Source of the DNA: Mytilus edulis
Taxonomy: Eukaryota
Direction: 5' to 3'
Length of the DNA: 64,000 bases
Assembly: GCF_963676685.1 (NCBI RefSeq)
Contig: NC_092351.1
Location: forward strand, 20,460,001-20,524,000
The position numbers and the translations under genes are program-made. Positions within the stretch are counted from its first letter, which is position 1. Each line of letters starts with the position of its first letter. A model generated the notes under the pieces. It worked only from the letters and a program-made list of their open reading frames with translations, was not told where the DNA came from and did not search any database. Positions 48,801 to 59,869 of this stretch are shown piece by piece.

Positions 48801-51625
48801 GATTGGTGATCTTATTTAAAGCAGTATGACAAGATGAAAGTAGTATATAGTTTACGATAATTGACAATTCGCAGAAATCTTTTGACTGTATTTTCTTAGA
48901 CCCTGTGAGGGTAATTTTAATGATTGAATTGTTTTAAAAAAAAATGATAGGAGAATATTCAAAACAATGTAAGCACTGTACAAGATTTTGTCTTTTTAAT
49001 GACAATTAAAAAAACATCACATTAGAAAAAAGAAACAAAAAAACATTCCTTTTATTTATAGTTTATTTGAGCATTATTGATGAGTCAATTGTAGACGAAA
49101 AACACGTCTGGCGTCCTTAAAGAGGGCGAAATATACCAGAGGAACAGTCAAACTCATAAAAATAAACTGATAACGCAATGGTAAAAAATTAAAAAGACAA
49201 ATAATAGTACACAAGACACAACATAGAAAACACGAACCCCACCACACACTTGGGGTGATCCCAGATGCTCTGGAAGGGTGAGCTGATCCTACTCTACATG
49301 TGGCACCCATCGTGTTGCTTATATTATTACAAATCCGGTATACAGTCTAAGTCGGTAGGTCACATTCGTGAAAAGGGACGGGTATTGGAGCTACGACATT
49401 AGGAACATATCCGATATCATCTGTTAAACATCCATCAAAAGGATCTGTGCAGAGTAAGAGTGTGAATTCAAACGTGTTCCTTTACAAGAACATAATTTAT
49501 CAGAGTCTCAACAAAGTAAAATAGATTTCAACACTAATGCAACCTTGTAAGAACAAATATATATTTTTTAAAATACGCAATGTTTACAAAGAGGCAAAAA
49601 TTTCCAAATTAATAGTTATTAAATTTCAGTCTGCCCGCTACCACCAAGGAAACTGAATACCGATTATATTAATCCTGATTATGATGCTAAATATCGCCAT
49701 GGAGCCGCCTATCATTATAAATGTATGGCAGGATATTCAATGACCGGTAATGGTACGATCACATGTTTAAAAAACGGTCAATGGACAGAGCCTTCTTTCA
49801 CTTGTACAGGTAATTTTAGCATCGTTAAAGGAATAAACACACGGGCATTGTCTTAGGCATGTACAGCTAAGTGAGAACATGTATAGTTACTATATGATAT
49901 ATCAAAGGAAGAACTATTACATATTTTAAAATATTTGTCTGGTCGAAGTTCTTGTAAATATATGCGACACTGAATATGTGATCTTTATGAACCTCAACTA
50001 TTTCATGGCTAAACTATCCAAGACTAACACTATTACAAAGCATGGTTGCGTATACAAGTAGCGTACAACATTGGTTGTAATTGAATACAAGTGTGTAAAA
50101 TTGTGAATGGAAGTGGGGTATGTGTCAAAGAGACAACAACCAAACCAAAGAGCAGAAAAAAGTCAAAGGCCACTAATGGGTCTCCAATACAGCGTGAAAT
50201 TCCAGCACCCTGTATTAAATGGAGAATATTTAAATTACCCCGATACAATATAACAGATGATGATACCAAATGGACTTCTAGTTAAACACATAGCCGCTAA
50301 AAACACCCATATAGATATCATTTATGAGGAGGGCATATTAACAACTTTATTATTTTAATGTCCAGGCTATAAATTTTGAAATTATTATTAAGGAACTAAG
50401 GGTTCAACTCCCTCAGGCAAAGTTTGCTTTAGATAAATTTCGCTATTTATTTGAGGTATTTTTGATATATAGCTCTTCAACGGTGTCGGTACTTATACAT
50501 TGTCGGATTTCAAATGTTTGGCTTTGAGCGTTCCTGATGAAGGTAAATCCAGAAAGGCGCTTCGGAAGCAAGAAATTATTAAACACGTTTTTCTCAATAT
50601 TTTACATCACTGGGTCGATACCTCTGCTGGTGGACTAGAAGTCCCCGAGGGTATCTTCAGCTCAGTAGTCAGTACTTCGGTACTGACATGATTTAACAAA
50701 CTTTACTTAAATTGTCCGTTGATAAACTTTGAAATTATTAAGAGACTAAGATTTCAACTCCCTCATGCAAAGTTGGCTTTAGATGAATTTGGCTATTTAT
50801 TTTAGGTATTTTTGACATATAGCTCTTCAACGGTTTCGGTAATTATTAAGAAACTAAGGTTTCAACTCCCTCATGCAAAGTTGGCTTAAGATGAATTTGG
50901 CTATTTATTTTAAGTATTGACATATAGCTCTTCAACGGTTTCGGTACTTATACATCTTCGGATTTCAAATGTTTGGCTTTGAGCGTTCCTGTAGAAGGTA
51001 AATCCAGAAAAGCGCTTCGGATGCAAGAAACTATTTAACATGTTTTTCTCAATACTTCTCCTTCCTATGCTATGATTATTGGGCATCATGTTATTGTATC
51101 TTACAAAATCAATTCTTTGTAATTATATACTGTAGATTCATGAATATTCATTGGATACCAATTTTCGTGGATTTCGTGGGAACAGTGGAAATACAAGTTT
51201 CGTTAAAGGAAAGTATGCAGACTTTGCACCACGAATTTAAATATCAATCCACGAAATTTGGTACCCACAAAAATAAATGAATATACAATAAACATGACTA
51301 ACGTGCAACATATCTTACATGCTTAACGTACTTTCTTTAAGATGACTGTAAATGTCCATGTAACACGCCTGATTTGACTGAGGAAGATATTCAACAAATG
51401 AAGGATAAAATACGAAGAGAGAACTTAATTGACAAAAAGAGCGTTTCGAAATATAAGAGAAAGATAACAAGTGCCCCCGACAATAGATTCTCAGCAAAAG
51501 CAATTGGATACGTTGGAGTGGCTTGCTTGACAACGACCGGATTGGTTGTAGTCCTCATTGATGCTGTGACCCTTGTGAATACTCTGAACACTGTGTTTCA
51601 GAACATCAAAGGATTCTTTTTTTGA
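33868..51625 (+). CDS. Predicted type I membrane protein: signal peptide, 2x IgGFc-binding-protein N-terminal-like domain, 2x farnesoic acid O-methyltransferase-like (Methyltransf_FA) domain, 3x Sushi/CCP, C-terminal TM; ~1553 aa
   Basis: Exons 33868-33982, 34369-35561, 35869-35965, 37318-38546, 39715-39799, 40683-41210, 44567-45070, 46882-46974, 47930-48109, 48495-48668, 49630-49809 and 51342-51625 total 4662 nt, phase-consistent and GT-AG. Signal peptide MISVVVILLLQCVSG. IgGFc-like motifs DNGGREF, PVNVLGNEY, DLTGTMIKTDKAVAIFCG, EQFPPINTFG and DMSGTVIHS. FAMeT-like motifs F.VKTC..YEIIFG..CNEFTSFWIQW..IG.G and FSVRAC..YEI..FWISW..FG.G. Three C-..C-..C-..GxW..C CCP exons. Tail CKCPC...RKITSAPDNRFSAKAIGYVG followed by a hydrophobic helix. 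Confidence 0.82.
41282..41667 (+). mobile_element. Non-LTR retrozyme monomer (family A; 356-nt unit plus 30-nt terminal redundancy)
   Basis: Exact 30-nt direct repeat AATTATAATCCTGGTACTTTTGATAACTAT at 41282-41311 and 41638-41667, enclosing an intact type I hammerhead. Inserted into another interspersed repeat. Confidence 0.85.
41591..41632 (+). ncRNA. Type I hammerhead ribozyme (intact core)
   Basis: Stem I CGUCA/UGGCG; core CUGAUGA (41596-41602); stem II GUCU-uaucu-AGAC; GAAA (41616-41619); minimal palindromic stem III ACGCGCGU; predicted cleavage after GUC at C41627. Confidence 0.88.
42795..44530. repeat. 39-bp minisatellite array (~44 units)
   Basis: Unit CCACTTGTCTACCTTAGATTTATCAGTTCCTCGGATCGA, with recurring variants (..TTCGTCTGTTTCTCGGAGGTG; ..TTTATCAGTTTCTCGGTTCTG). 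Confidence 0.93.
45164..46224. mobile_element. HINE-like element with ~5.5 internal ~162-bp tandem repeats
   Basis: 5' stem-loop plus (ATTCCGTC/A)n microsatellite. CGCCTTCAGATAT-like anchor at about 45287, 45448, 45610, 45771, 45934 and 46093. Ends GACACATCTAGTT. An inverted partial copy is at ~59320-59645. Confidence 0.78.
49130..49430 (-). mobile_element. 3' tail fragment of an RT retroelement (same family as 53566-53950)
   Basis: Reverse complement matches 53625-53950 (GGATATGTTCCT..., AGCAACACGATGGGTGCCACATGT..., CCTCTGGTAT..TTCG.CCCTCTTT). Confidence 0.7.
50365..51053 (+). mobile_element. Tandem retrozyme array (family B; ~350-nt unit, two hammerhead copies)
   Basis: AACTAAG..TTCAACTCCCTCA.GCAAAG recurs at about 50395, 50744 and 50851. 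Hammerhead-like GCGUUC-CUGAUGA-AGGUAAAUCCA-GAAA-(G/A)GCGCU-UC-GGA.GC at 50528-50569, and a core-mutated copy (CUGUAGA) at 50983-51024. Confidence 0.75.
50528..50569 (+). ncRNA. Minimal type I hammerhead ribozyme-like motif (family B)
   Basis: CUGAUGA at 50534-50540, short GG/CC stem II, GAAA at 50552-50555, near-palindromic stem III, UUC cleavage triplet, imperfect stem I GCGUUC/GGAAGC. Confidence 0.6.
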
Positions 51626-53319
51626 AAGTGAATTGTTCTTGTCATTGAATGTATCATTTTTGTTTTCTGTTTGATCACACCAATATGAATACTTCATTTA
51701 TTTTTGGTATTGTTTAACGTAGGTAATACAATATTGTACAAGTTGTAAATATCTGAACGAGAAGCATTCATAGTAAATGGTTTGTGTTATAGTGAAACAC
51801 TTAATTGTGTATGTATTGTAACTCGTAATGAAATTTTTGGATTACAGAGGATGTGTCAAATTTTCCTAAGCTTGTAGTTGCTCATATCTACATCTTTGTG
51901 TTCTATGTTGGATAATTGTATCATTGGTATTTATACCCCATCTTATATTTTTCTGTTAACATGTATAAAAAAAAACCCAACAACAGTAAAATGACGGAAA
52001 ATGACAGTATCAGTAATATATATGTCATGATAGAAGTACTGAGCTGGTAAAAATATAAGTGCGTGTCTTTATGATTAAACAGACATGACACGTGTCAATA
52101 TAATTATCATACTTTGACATATATATATTGTTTTTAATCTACAAATTTTCTATTGCACTCGAGTATGTTTCGTTTACCGTTTAGTACAGGAGAAACACGA
52201 TGGGTGTCACATGTAGAGTATCATATATTGCATGTAAGCCTTCTTGAGCACTTGAGATTCATCCGGGCTTTTCGTGGGGTTCTTGTTGCCCATTCTAGTT
52301 TTCTGTGTTGTGTTCCATAAACTGTTGTTTGTATTTTAGTCGTTTTTTGTTTTTTTGACATGGCGTGGTGAGTTTGTCGTTGATTTATATGTTTGATATC
52401 TTCCGACGACAACATATGTTGGTACACTTCAGGTTTTCTTTTATATTGTTTATTTTTTTGTACTTTTGTCTTTCTTTTTTACTAATATTCTTTGTCTATA
52501 TGCTTTTTTGTTTTTCATAGATTAGTTATTTGTTTGTTTTTATAGTGATTAAGATTATTAACAGTGTTGACTGCTGTAACCAAATTTTAACATTTGAAAC
52601 CTATTATGTCTGTTTGTTTTGTTCACACATCGTTTTCAATATAATGGAGTTTTATACGACGGTCATCCAAGTGAGAGGTTTAGCTAGCTATAACACCAGG
52701 TTTAATTCATCATTTTCTACATAAGAAAATGACAGTGCCAAGTCAGGAATATGACAGTTGTTATTCATTTGTTTGGTCTGTTTGAGCTTTTGATTTTGCC
52801 ATTTGATTAGGGGCTTATAGTGTTTTGTGGTATATTTTGTACATACTATATGTCTTAATATGTTAGTTATAATTTGAATTGAGTGATTGTTAATAAAGGT
52901 AATTTGATTTGACTTTTTTTTATAGTCGTAGTTGATTAAAGGCATGTTTATTCAGTAACCAATTATTTAAGGTTGTCAGCAGTTTGTACTCATTATTTCC
53001 GGCCTGTTAGTCAAAGAATCATTTGAATCTTGATTAACGGAGCACAAACTTTTTCAAACCATCATAAATTAAGAACAAAAAAATTAGAGATTGCTACATT
53101 AGAGTTTGGTTTCAATAGATATGAGAAGATTTGGTATGAGTGACAATGACTCTCCATCCAAGTAACAATTTGTAAACCATTATAGGTGAGAGTACGGCAT
53201 TCGGCACGGAGCCTTGGCTCACACTGAACAGCAAGCTATAAAAGGCCTCAACAATGACTTGTATAAAACCATTCAAACGGGAAAACAAAGCTTATAAGTG
53301 CGATATATTCCAGGCAAAT

Positions 53320-53565
53320 AAAGATGTTGTCATCATCAAAGATACAAGACGCATTATTGTGTACGCCATACGTGTGTTTTGTCTACAACAGACGACTCAC
53401 CAGTAATGCTCAAATAAAACTCAAATAAAAGACCAAATAAGGTAAAAAATTGAAGAGTATTAAGGATCCCAAATTCCGAAATGTTTTATCAAATACTTTG
53501 AAGTAATCTATTCCTGGGGCAGACAATTCTACTTACTTCAAACAATTCAAAGTTCTGTGAACAGT
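53320..53565 (-). mobile_element. Degenerate family A retrozyme fragment
   Basis: Reverse complement reads GAGCATTACTGGTGAGTCGTCTGTTGTAGACAAAACACACGTATGGCGTAC plus upstream homology to 41440-41640. The core is mutated. Another degenerate plus-strand copy is at ~49060-49115. Confidence 0.65.
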
Positions 53566-53950
53566 TTTTACGGACGCCATCACGAGTTGGTTGACCGTTA
53601 TGGAATAACCGTTTCACAAATGCTATCGGATATGTTCCTTACGTCGTAACTACAATCCCCTTCCCTTTCATAAATGTGACCTACCGAATTAGACTATTTA
53701 CCGGATTTGTTATCTCAAAAGCAACACGACGGGTGCCACATGTGGAGCAGGATCTGCTAACGTTTCCGGAGCACCTGAGATCACCCCTAGTTTTTTAGTG
53801 GGGTTCGTGTTGTTTATTCTTTAGTTTTCTATGTTGTGTCAAGTGTACTATTGTTTGTCTGTTTCCTTTTCATTTTTAGCCATGGCGTTGTCAGTTTATT
53901 TTCGATTTTTGAATTTGACTGTCCCTCTGGTATCTTTCGTCCCTCTTTTT
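53566..53950 (+). mobile_element. 5'-truncated retroelement: C-terminus of an RT-associated ORF plus structured 3' UTR
   Basis: 53566-53649 reads FYGRHHELVDRYGITVSQMLSDMFLTS*, recognised as a C-terminal motif of abundant bivalve RT (Penelope-like) ORFs. The UTR recurs as fragments at ~27720-27980, 40400-40500, 47490-47590, 49130-49430, 52190-52400 and 59200-59320. Confidence 0.62.
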
Positions 53951-53954
53951 GAAT

Positions 53955-54632
53955 GATCATAGTTCCTTGATTATGGACGATTAGTCCTCGAGAATATCTT
54001 TAGATAAGCACTGAGTTCTTCAGTTCTGACATGATTTTGTAACAATTTGTTCTGAAAATCTCTGTTGATAAATCAATAAATGATTAAGAAACACAATTTC
54101 CAACTGCCTTAGCAAAATTTACTTTAGTGAATATGGCCTTTTTATATCAACTTTGGTCATAAAGTTCTTCATGTGATTATTTCTGATACAAACTTGGCTT
54201 TAAAAAGTTCGTGATATCAGTTAATCCACAAAAGCGTTTTAAACGCACGAAATCAATATAGATTCATTCTCATTTACTCAGTAGTCAGTACTTCGTTACA
54301 AACATGATACTCAACAAAATGTTCTTTGTTGATAACTTTAGAAATTATTGAGAAATTTGAGTGACTCTAACCCTAAGACAAATTTGACCTTGATGAATTT
54401 GACGATTTGAGGTTTCGAGGCGTGCAGTAAAACTATTTTTATGTACTTGGCTTTCAAATGTTTTGGTTTAAGCGTTCCTTGTGAATGTTAATCAAGAAAT
54501 GCTCGTCGGACGCACTAAATCAATAACGTATCATTTTCATATAATAGTACTCGATCGATACCACTACTGATGGACTACTAGTATATGTCTCCGAGGGTAT
54601 TATCATCATAAAACTCAGTGGTCAGTACGGTA
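53955..54632 (+). mobile_element. Old, degenerate family B retrozyme array (~2 units)
   Basis: Homology to 50365-51053: CTCAGTAGTCAGTACTTCG (54277), AGCGTTCCTTGTGAATG..GAAATGCTCGTCGGACGC (54471), TCGATACCACTACTGATGGAC..CCGAGGGTAT (54555). Confidence 0.6.
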
Positions 54633-55193
54633 CAAAGGAGTAGGCAAGGTAAGATCCCTTTTTAATTTGGTCCCAAAATATAGCGTTTTAACAAACTTGT
54701 TAAATCGTTAACTTTTATTTATTAATTGGAAAGTAACATGCTTTTGTTTCATAAATTGCTGATTTTAAACATTAAATGCTAATTTTAAGACGGTTTTGTC
54801 TAAAATGGAAATGGCCGCACTTATGTTCTTTCTTATATATATGTTGTGTTTAATGATAATGTATAATATATATATATATTGAGCTATTTTGAGAGTAAAC
54901 ACGAATGCCATCACTTCATTGTAGACAAAAATCATCTAAAAAGTGACGTTACATGGAATATTTGATAGATTGTTCACATTTTTAGCTTCAATTTGCGCGT
55001 TTTTAATGACCAAGTCTGTCGAAAACGTTTACAATAACCAATTGTTATTATTATTAAAGATTATTGTTTATACACATAATTATATTATATATTTCAGGAT
55101 ATATTGGTAAACTAAGCTATTTTTAGATATAATAATACTGGAAATTTTAGTTTCGATTTAAATAACTTCCTAATATATGGCCGCTCTTTTATA

Positions 55194-58100
55194 ATGGAGC
55201 TTATCCACTATGGATTTTTTGCAATACTTGGACTTAACTGTCTTGTTTTAGGGAAACGAAAATTAGCTAAAACTGTAAGTACAACTTGTGTTTCCCTTAT
55301 TGCGCACACACCCTACTACTTTTACTTTCATTTTCGTTAAACAACTTTGATAAATGTTGATAAAACGAAGGATTGCATGTAAATTTCGTACAAAAATAAT
55401 ATTTTACTGTGTAATTATGCTTTCTGGCAACCGAAGAACAATGGTAATAGTTTTGCAGTTAAAGCATGTAAAATATGGTTGAAATCTTAACAACCTAAAT
55501 GTGTTTGCATAATAATCGTGCTAATAAGCATTACAATTACTATTTTATATTCTTACGTAAAGCTTAAAAATAGAACTATGATGCACAAACTTAAGATTTA
55601 AGTTACATTCTTTAATTGAATATACGTAACTTATCTTCATTTTTGGAAATAAATGCATATATTTTAAATGTTAGATATTGATGTATAAATTTACTGAAAA
55701 GACATAAGGGTGAACGTATTTCTGTGGAATAAAAACAAAATGTCTCACAAACAATCGAACAATTGTCGTAAGGCATATATATATATAAAAATAAATGAGC
55801 ATAGTAAGCCTCCGAAAGTATACTGGCAGGATACCAATATTGTGAAGTATAAACATAAACTTCCTCATTTGTAAAGTTATTTTAAGTTTTAATATTTACA
55901 ATCAAACCAAAATTAGAAATCTAGGTTATCATGACATAGATTTAACACTTTATATTACAAATTTTGGTGTTCTCTTTGTAGAAAATTAGTTTATCTATTT
56001 TATAAATATGTAAAGTAATGTATATAGATTCCTTATGCCAAGTACTTGGCACACACAGCTTAATTAAGTACCGAAGGTTATCAATGAAGCAGGTGTAGAG
56101 GATAATTTATCATGAAGTTAATAAAAATTACAAGCGTTTACCTATTTAGGTTGTCATTCAAGTTCTCATTCATATTTAAAAACTAGAATACATCAGTCGA
56201 GGGTGCGTCTTGCACTGTCGCGTAATTACCTTTCCGGTGTACCTTTATAATTATTTACGGTCAAAGCTAAGTTGTTATCGTTGTCCGTCCAATTTTTTAA
56301 TGTGTTCTGTTTACCATATGTTCCAGTCTGTTTCAGACAGTCATAGCCATTTAGTCACCTTTGTCAGTTGACATTGAACTTACAGCTTTTAACAGGCGGA
56401 TTTAGGGGGTGGGGAGTATATCCATCTTTTGGGGAAAAATTGTTTAATTATTTAGGAAATCAGTGAAGCGTGGCTGGAGCGGCCCCTCTTAGGCTGTCAT
56501 TGGGTCCCATTTATGAAAATATCTAGATCTGCCACGGCTTTATATGTTTCTTTGCGCATTTAACTCGAAACACATAAAAATATTTTAAAATCTGATTGCA
56601 GTTACATAATGATACTTGCATCTATTCACGAGCAACTGTGAAAGTAAAAATGAAAGTGAAAGTTCCTTCCAAAAGAAACGAAATAAACAAGAAAAAATTA
56701 AGTTGCTTAAATTCTAACTCGTGGACAGTTGTTTGAATGACAATCATACACATCTACTTATTTGTATACTTATGTCACGAACCAGTAAGAGTTCATGGAC
56801 ATTTGAAAAAATGAGGTAAGATTTGAATTATTGCCTAAAACTGCTGAAATCCCCAAACTTCATTTTAAAAGTAAATATACAAGGACATTAAACACGCAAT
56901 TTCCCTTAAACAGTTTTAAATTAGTATTAAGTTGTAGGCTTTCTAGATTCCTTGGCTGAACTAATTTAAAAGTCTATATACATAAAGTTTAAATTGACGG
57001 ATAAAAGCCTCTGTTGAAGGCCGTAATGTAACCTAAAAGCCTCTGTTGAAGGCCGTTATGTAACCTCTGGTCTTTGTTAGTCTTGTCTGGTTTGTTAAAT
57101 TTTAGTTCATTTATATGTATTGGAGTTTAGTTATACGTTCATTGTCACTGAACTAGTAGATATTTTTACTAGCCTCCGGATGTGGGATTTTCTCGCTGTG
57201 TCGAGGAACCTTTGGTGGACTTCGGCTGTTCTCTGCTCTTTGGTCGAATTGTTGTCTCTTTGACACATTTCCAATTTCCATTATCAATTTTATTTCAAGA
57301 TTGTGACTTAGCTGTTGACTTCTTGACAGACACCGTGTGAATGTTTGATAAAAATAATTGGCGGAGATCTTGAAAATTCAATCTTCAGTTGCGGATAAGA
57401 ATCTGTGTAAAAGTGTCAAATCGGCTTACGTGCATTTATATAACCAATATTTGTACAACACGGGCAACTGTTACTGCGACTAATTGTTGTTTCCTTAATG
57501 TCCGATACCAAATATTCCATCAATATTCTGGACCGAAGGTATGAATATTTCCTGCAATCCCCACATCCTATCGCTGCTTTAATATAATCTATAAAATAAT
57601 GTTTTCTAAGAAGTAGTCTGTCTACATACAAGTCGAAATACACGATATCTCATTTTCATATCCGATATCACAACTCGACAATAGAAAAATTGCGTTAGTT
57701 GGTGCACATAATCAATAGGCTGTTTGGTCTTTAAACGTATATTATAATTTAATTTATTTTAAGTTATTTGCAGTTATTCCTTTTCTTACACAATAATCCA
57801 AAAGAATTTCGTCAGGGATGATGTAATTGTTTTCCTAATCATTTCCATAACAATGGTATTTGTTCACCTTGTAATGTGATCTAGGAGATTTACTATGACA
57901 TTTTAATTATACAAGGCCACTAACTGCATTTGGATCAAATAGTTTAAAATTTTGTTTTAATATTCAACACGAACATATGTTGGTTGCAGTTTACTCTTGC
58001 CCTTTTCTCTAGATTGAAAGATGCATATATTCTGCTTCAATATAAGAGACACAAATTTTCTAAGCCAATGGATCGACACCCGGATCCGTGTTAATATACT

Positions 58101-59869
58101 TGGCCATTTTTCAGAAAATTTGGGTACAAATAAAGCTGTTGTTTTTATATACAATTATGAGAATATGAGTCACTGGTATTCGGCTATATACGCGTCGACT
58201 TGGTGGTTCTATGATAGCCTGATTTTTTGAGAGGGGAAGTGGACAGTTTAATTTCGTCCGGGTGTTGAAAACAAGAGATTTAAAATTGTCAATATGCTTT
58301 TAAGGAGGCGATTAATTGTAAAAAATAAAAGCAAAGATATGCTTTTAAGAAGGCGATTAATTGTAAAAAATAAAAGCAAAGACTGGTCGACGTCTATGTT
58401 CGACTAATGGTATTAATTGCTCATTTGGCATCTTCTCCAACCGTTTCTATAAATGCATTCAATAAAAGGTTCTCAACCATAGGACGGTGTTAAATAAGGT
58501 GCTTGTTTGTAAAATAATTTGGTTTGCTTTTATTTCAGTCTAACGACAACGACAACAATATAATTGTTGGATACAGACATAGTAAAATGACTAAAGATAG
58601 CAAGCAATACTCAGTGCGTCCGAAAATATTTGGAGTGAAATTCAAATGTATTCTTTATAATGATACAGTTTGTGAACAATGTGATAATGGATACTATTCA
58701 CGGAAAGGATCTAAATACTGTAAAAAATGTAAAAGTTGTCCACGTGATTACCACGTGGTAAAAAATTGTACGGATACCAGAAATACTAAATGCAGACAAT
58801 GCAAGGCAGGTAGATACTACTCGAAATACAAAATGAAATGTATGAAATGTCATGGGTGTAGACCAGGACACTACGTCAAGGCTGATTGTTCGAAGACTTT
58901 AAATACTCAATGTAGACGCTGTCCGTATGGAACATTTACTGACAGTTACGGGATGAACATGAAATGTAAGCCTTGTAAGGCTTGTCAATATCTTGAGGAC
59001 ATTATAAAACCATGTTCAAGTAAAAACGATAATATCTGTGGAAACTGTAAACAAGGTGAGTAAACTATTATAAAAAGCGGGGAAATACGCGCCTTCTCAT
59101 TTTTCTCTAAGGCGATTCTTAGTTTTCAACGACTTTTAAATAATGTCGCCAATCGATGGAAATTTGTTACTTCCTTTTGCATACACACTATGCGTCCACT
59201 GGTTCCTTATGTCGTAACTGCAATCCTGTTCCCTTTTCCCGAATATTACCTACCGAATAAGACTATTTACCGAGTTCGTAATAACATGAACAACACGATA
59301 TGTGCCACAGGTGGAACAGGAACGAAACTTAAACTTGATCTGTAACTCATCATGGTTAACTCACATCCAATATTTGAAGACTTTAAGAAAAAAAATTCCG
59401 TATAACTGTGATTTTCAACAAATTATCTAAGTCCAAAGCCCATAATTTCGTCAAAAATTAGCGAGGAGGAGCGAAACTTTAACTTGATCTGTAACTCATC
59501 ATGGTTAATTTTACATACCAAAAATCAGCCCAATATCTGAAGGCTTTTAGAAAAAAGTCCGTGTAATGGTTTATAGCGGAATGACGGAATGACAGAAAAG
59601 GGTAAATCTATATGGCACTGACAACTTTGTTACGGGGAACAGAAAATAGTTACAAATTTTGAAATGGTGTATGCTTTCATTTTCAGGATATTTTCGCCTC
59701 ACGGCAACATGGAATTGTGGGAGATGTTCCGAATGTTATAGAGACACTCCTGACTATACAGTCGAAGTTACAGAATGTGTAAGAAAAAGTAATGGCAACG
59801 ATCGAGTTTGTTTACCTGTTGTCAACCCTCCTATAACATACAATGAAACAGACTATCAAGATATGTCAG
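55194..59869 (+). CDS. TNF receptor superfamily member (cysteine-rich ectodomain), 5' part; 3' exons not found in the window
   Basis: Exon 55194-55274 (signal peptide MELIHYGFFAILGLNCLVLG-KRKLAKT|GTAAGT, phase 0), exon 58539-59055 and exon 59687-59869 (phase 1). Four TNFR-type cysteine-rich repeats, e.g. CDNGYYS..CKKCKSC..VKNCTDTRNTKC, CKAGRYY..CMKCHGC..KADCSKTLNTQC and CPYGTFT..CKPCKAC..KPCSSKNDNIC. Confidence 0.85.

Noticed and set aside
57003-58382. Short local tandem duplications (32 bp x2 at ~57003, ~46 bp x2 at ~58292; also 17 bp x3 at ~42303)
   Set aside because: Ordinary slippage-type duplications in introns with no further structure.
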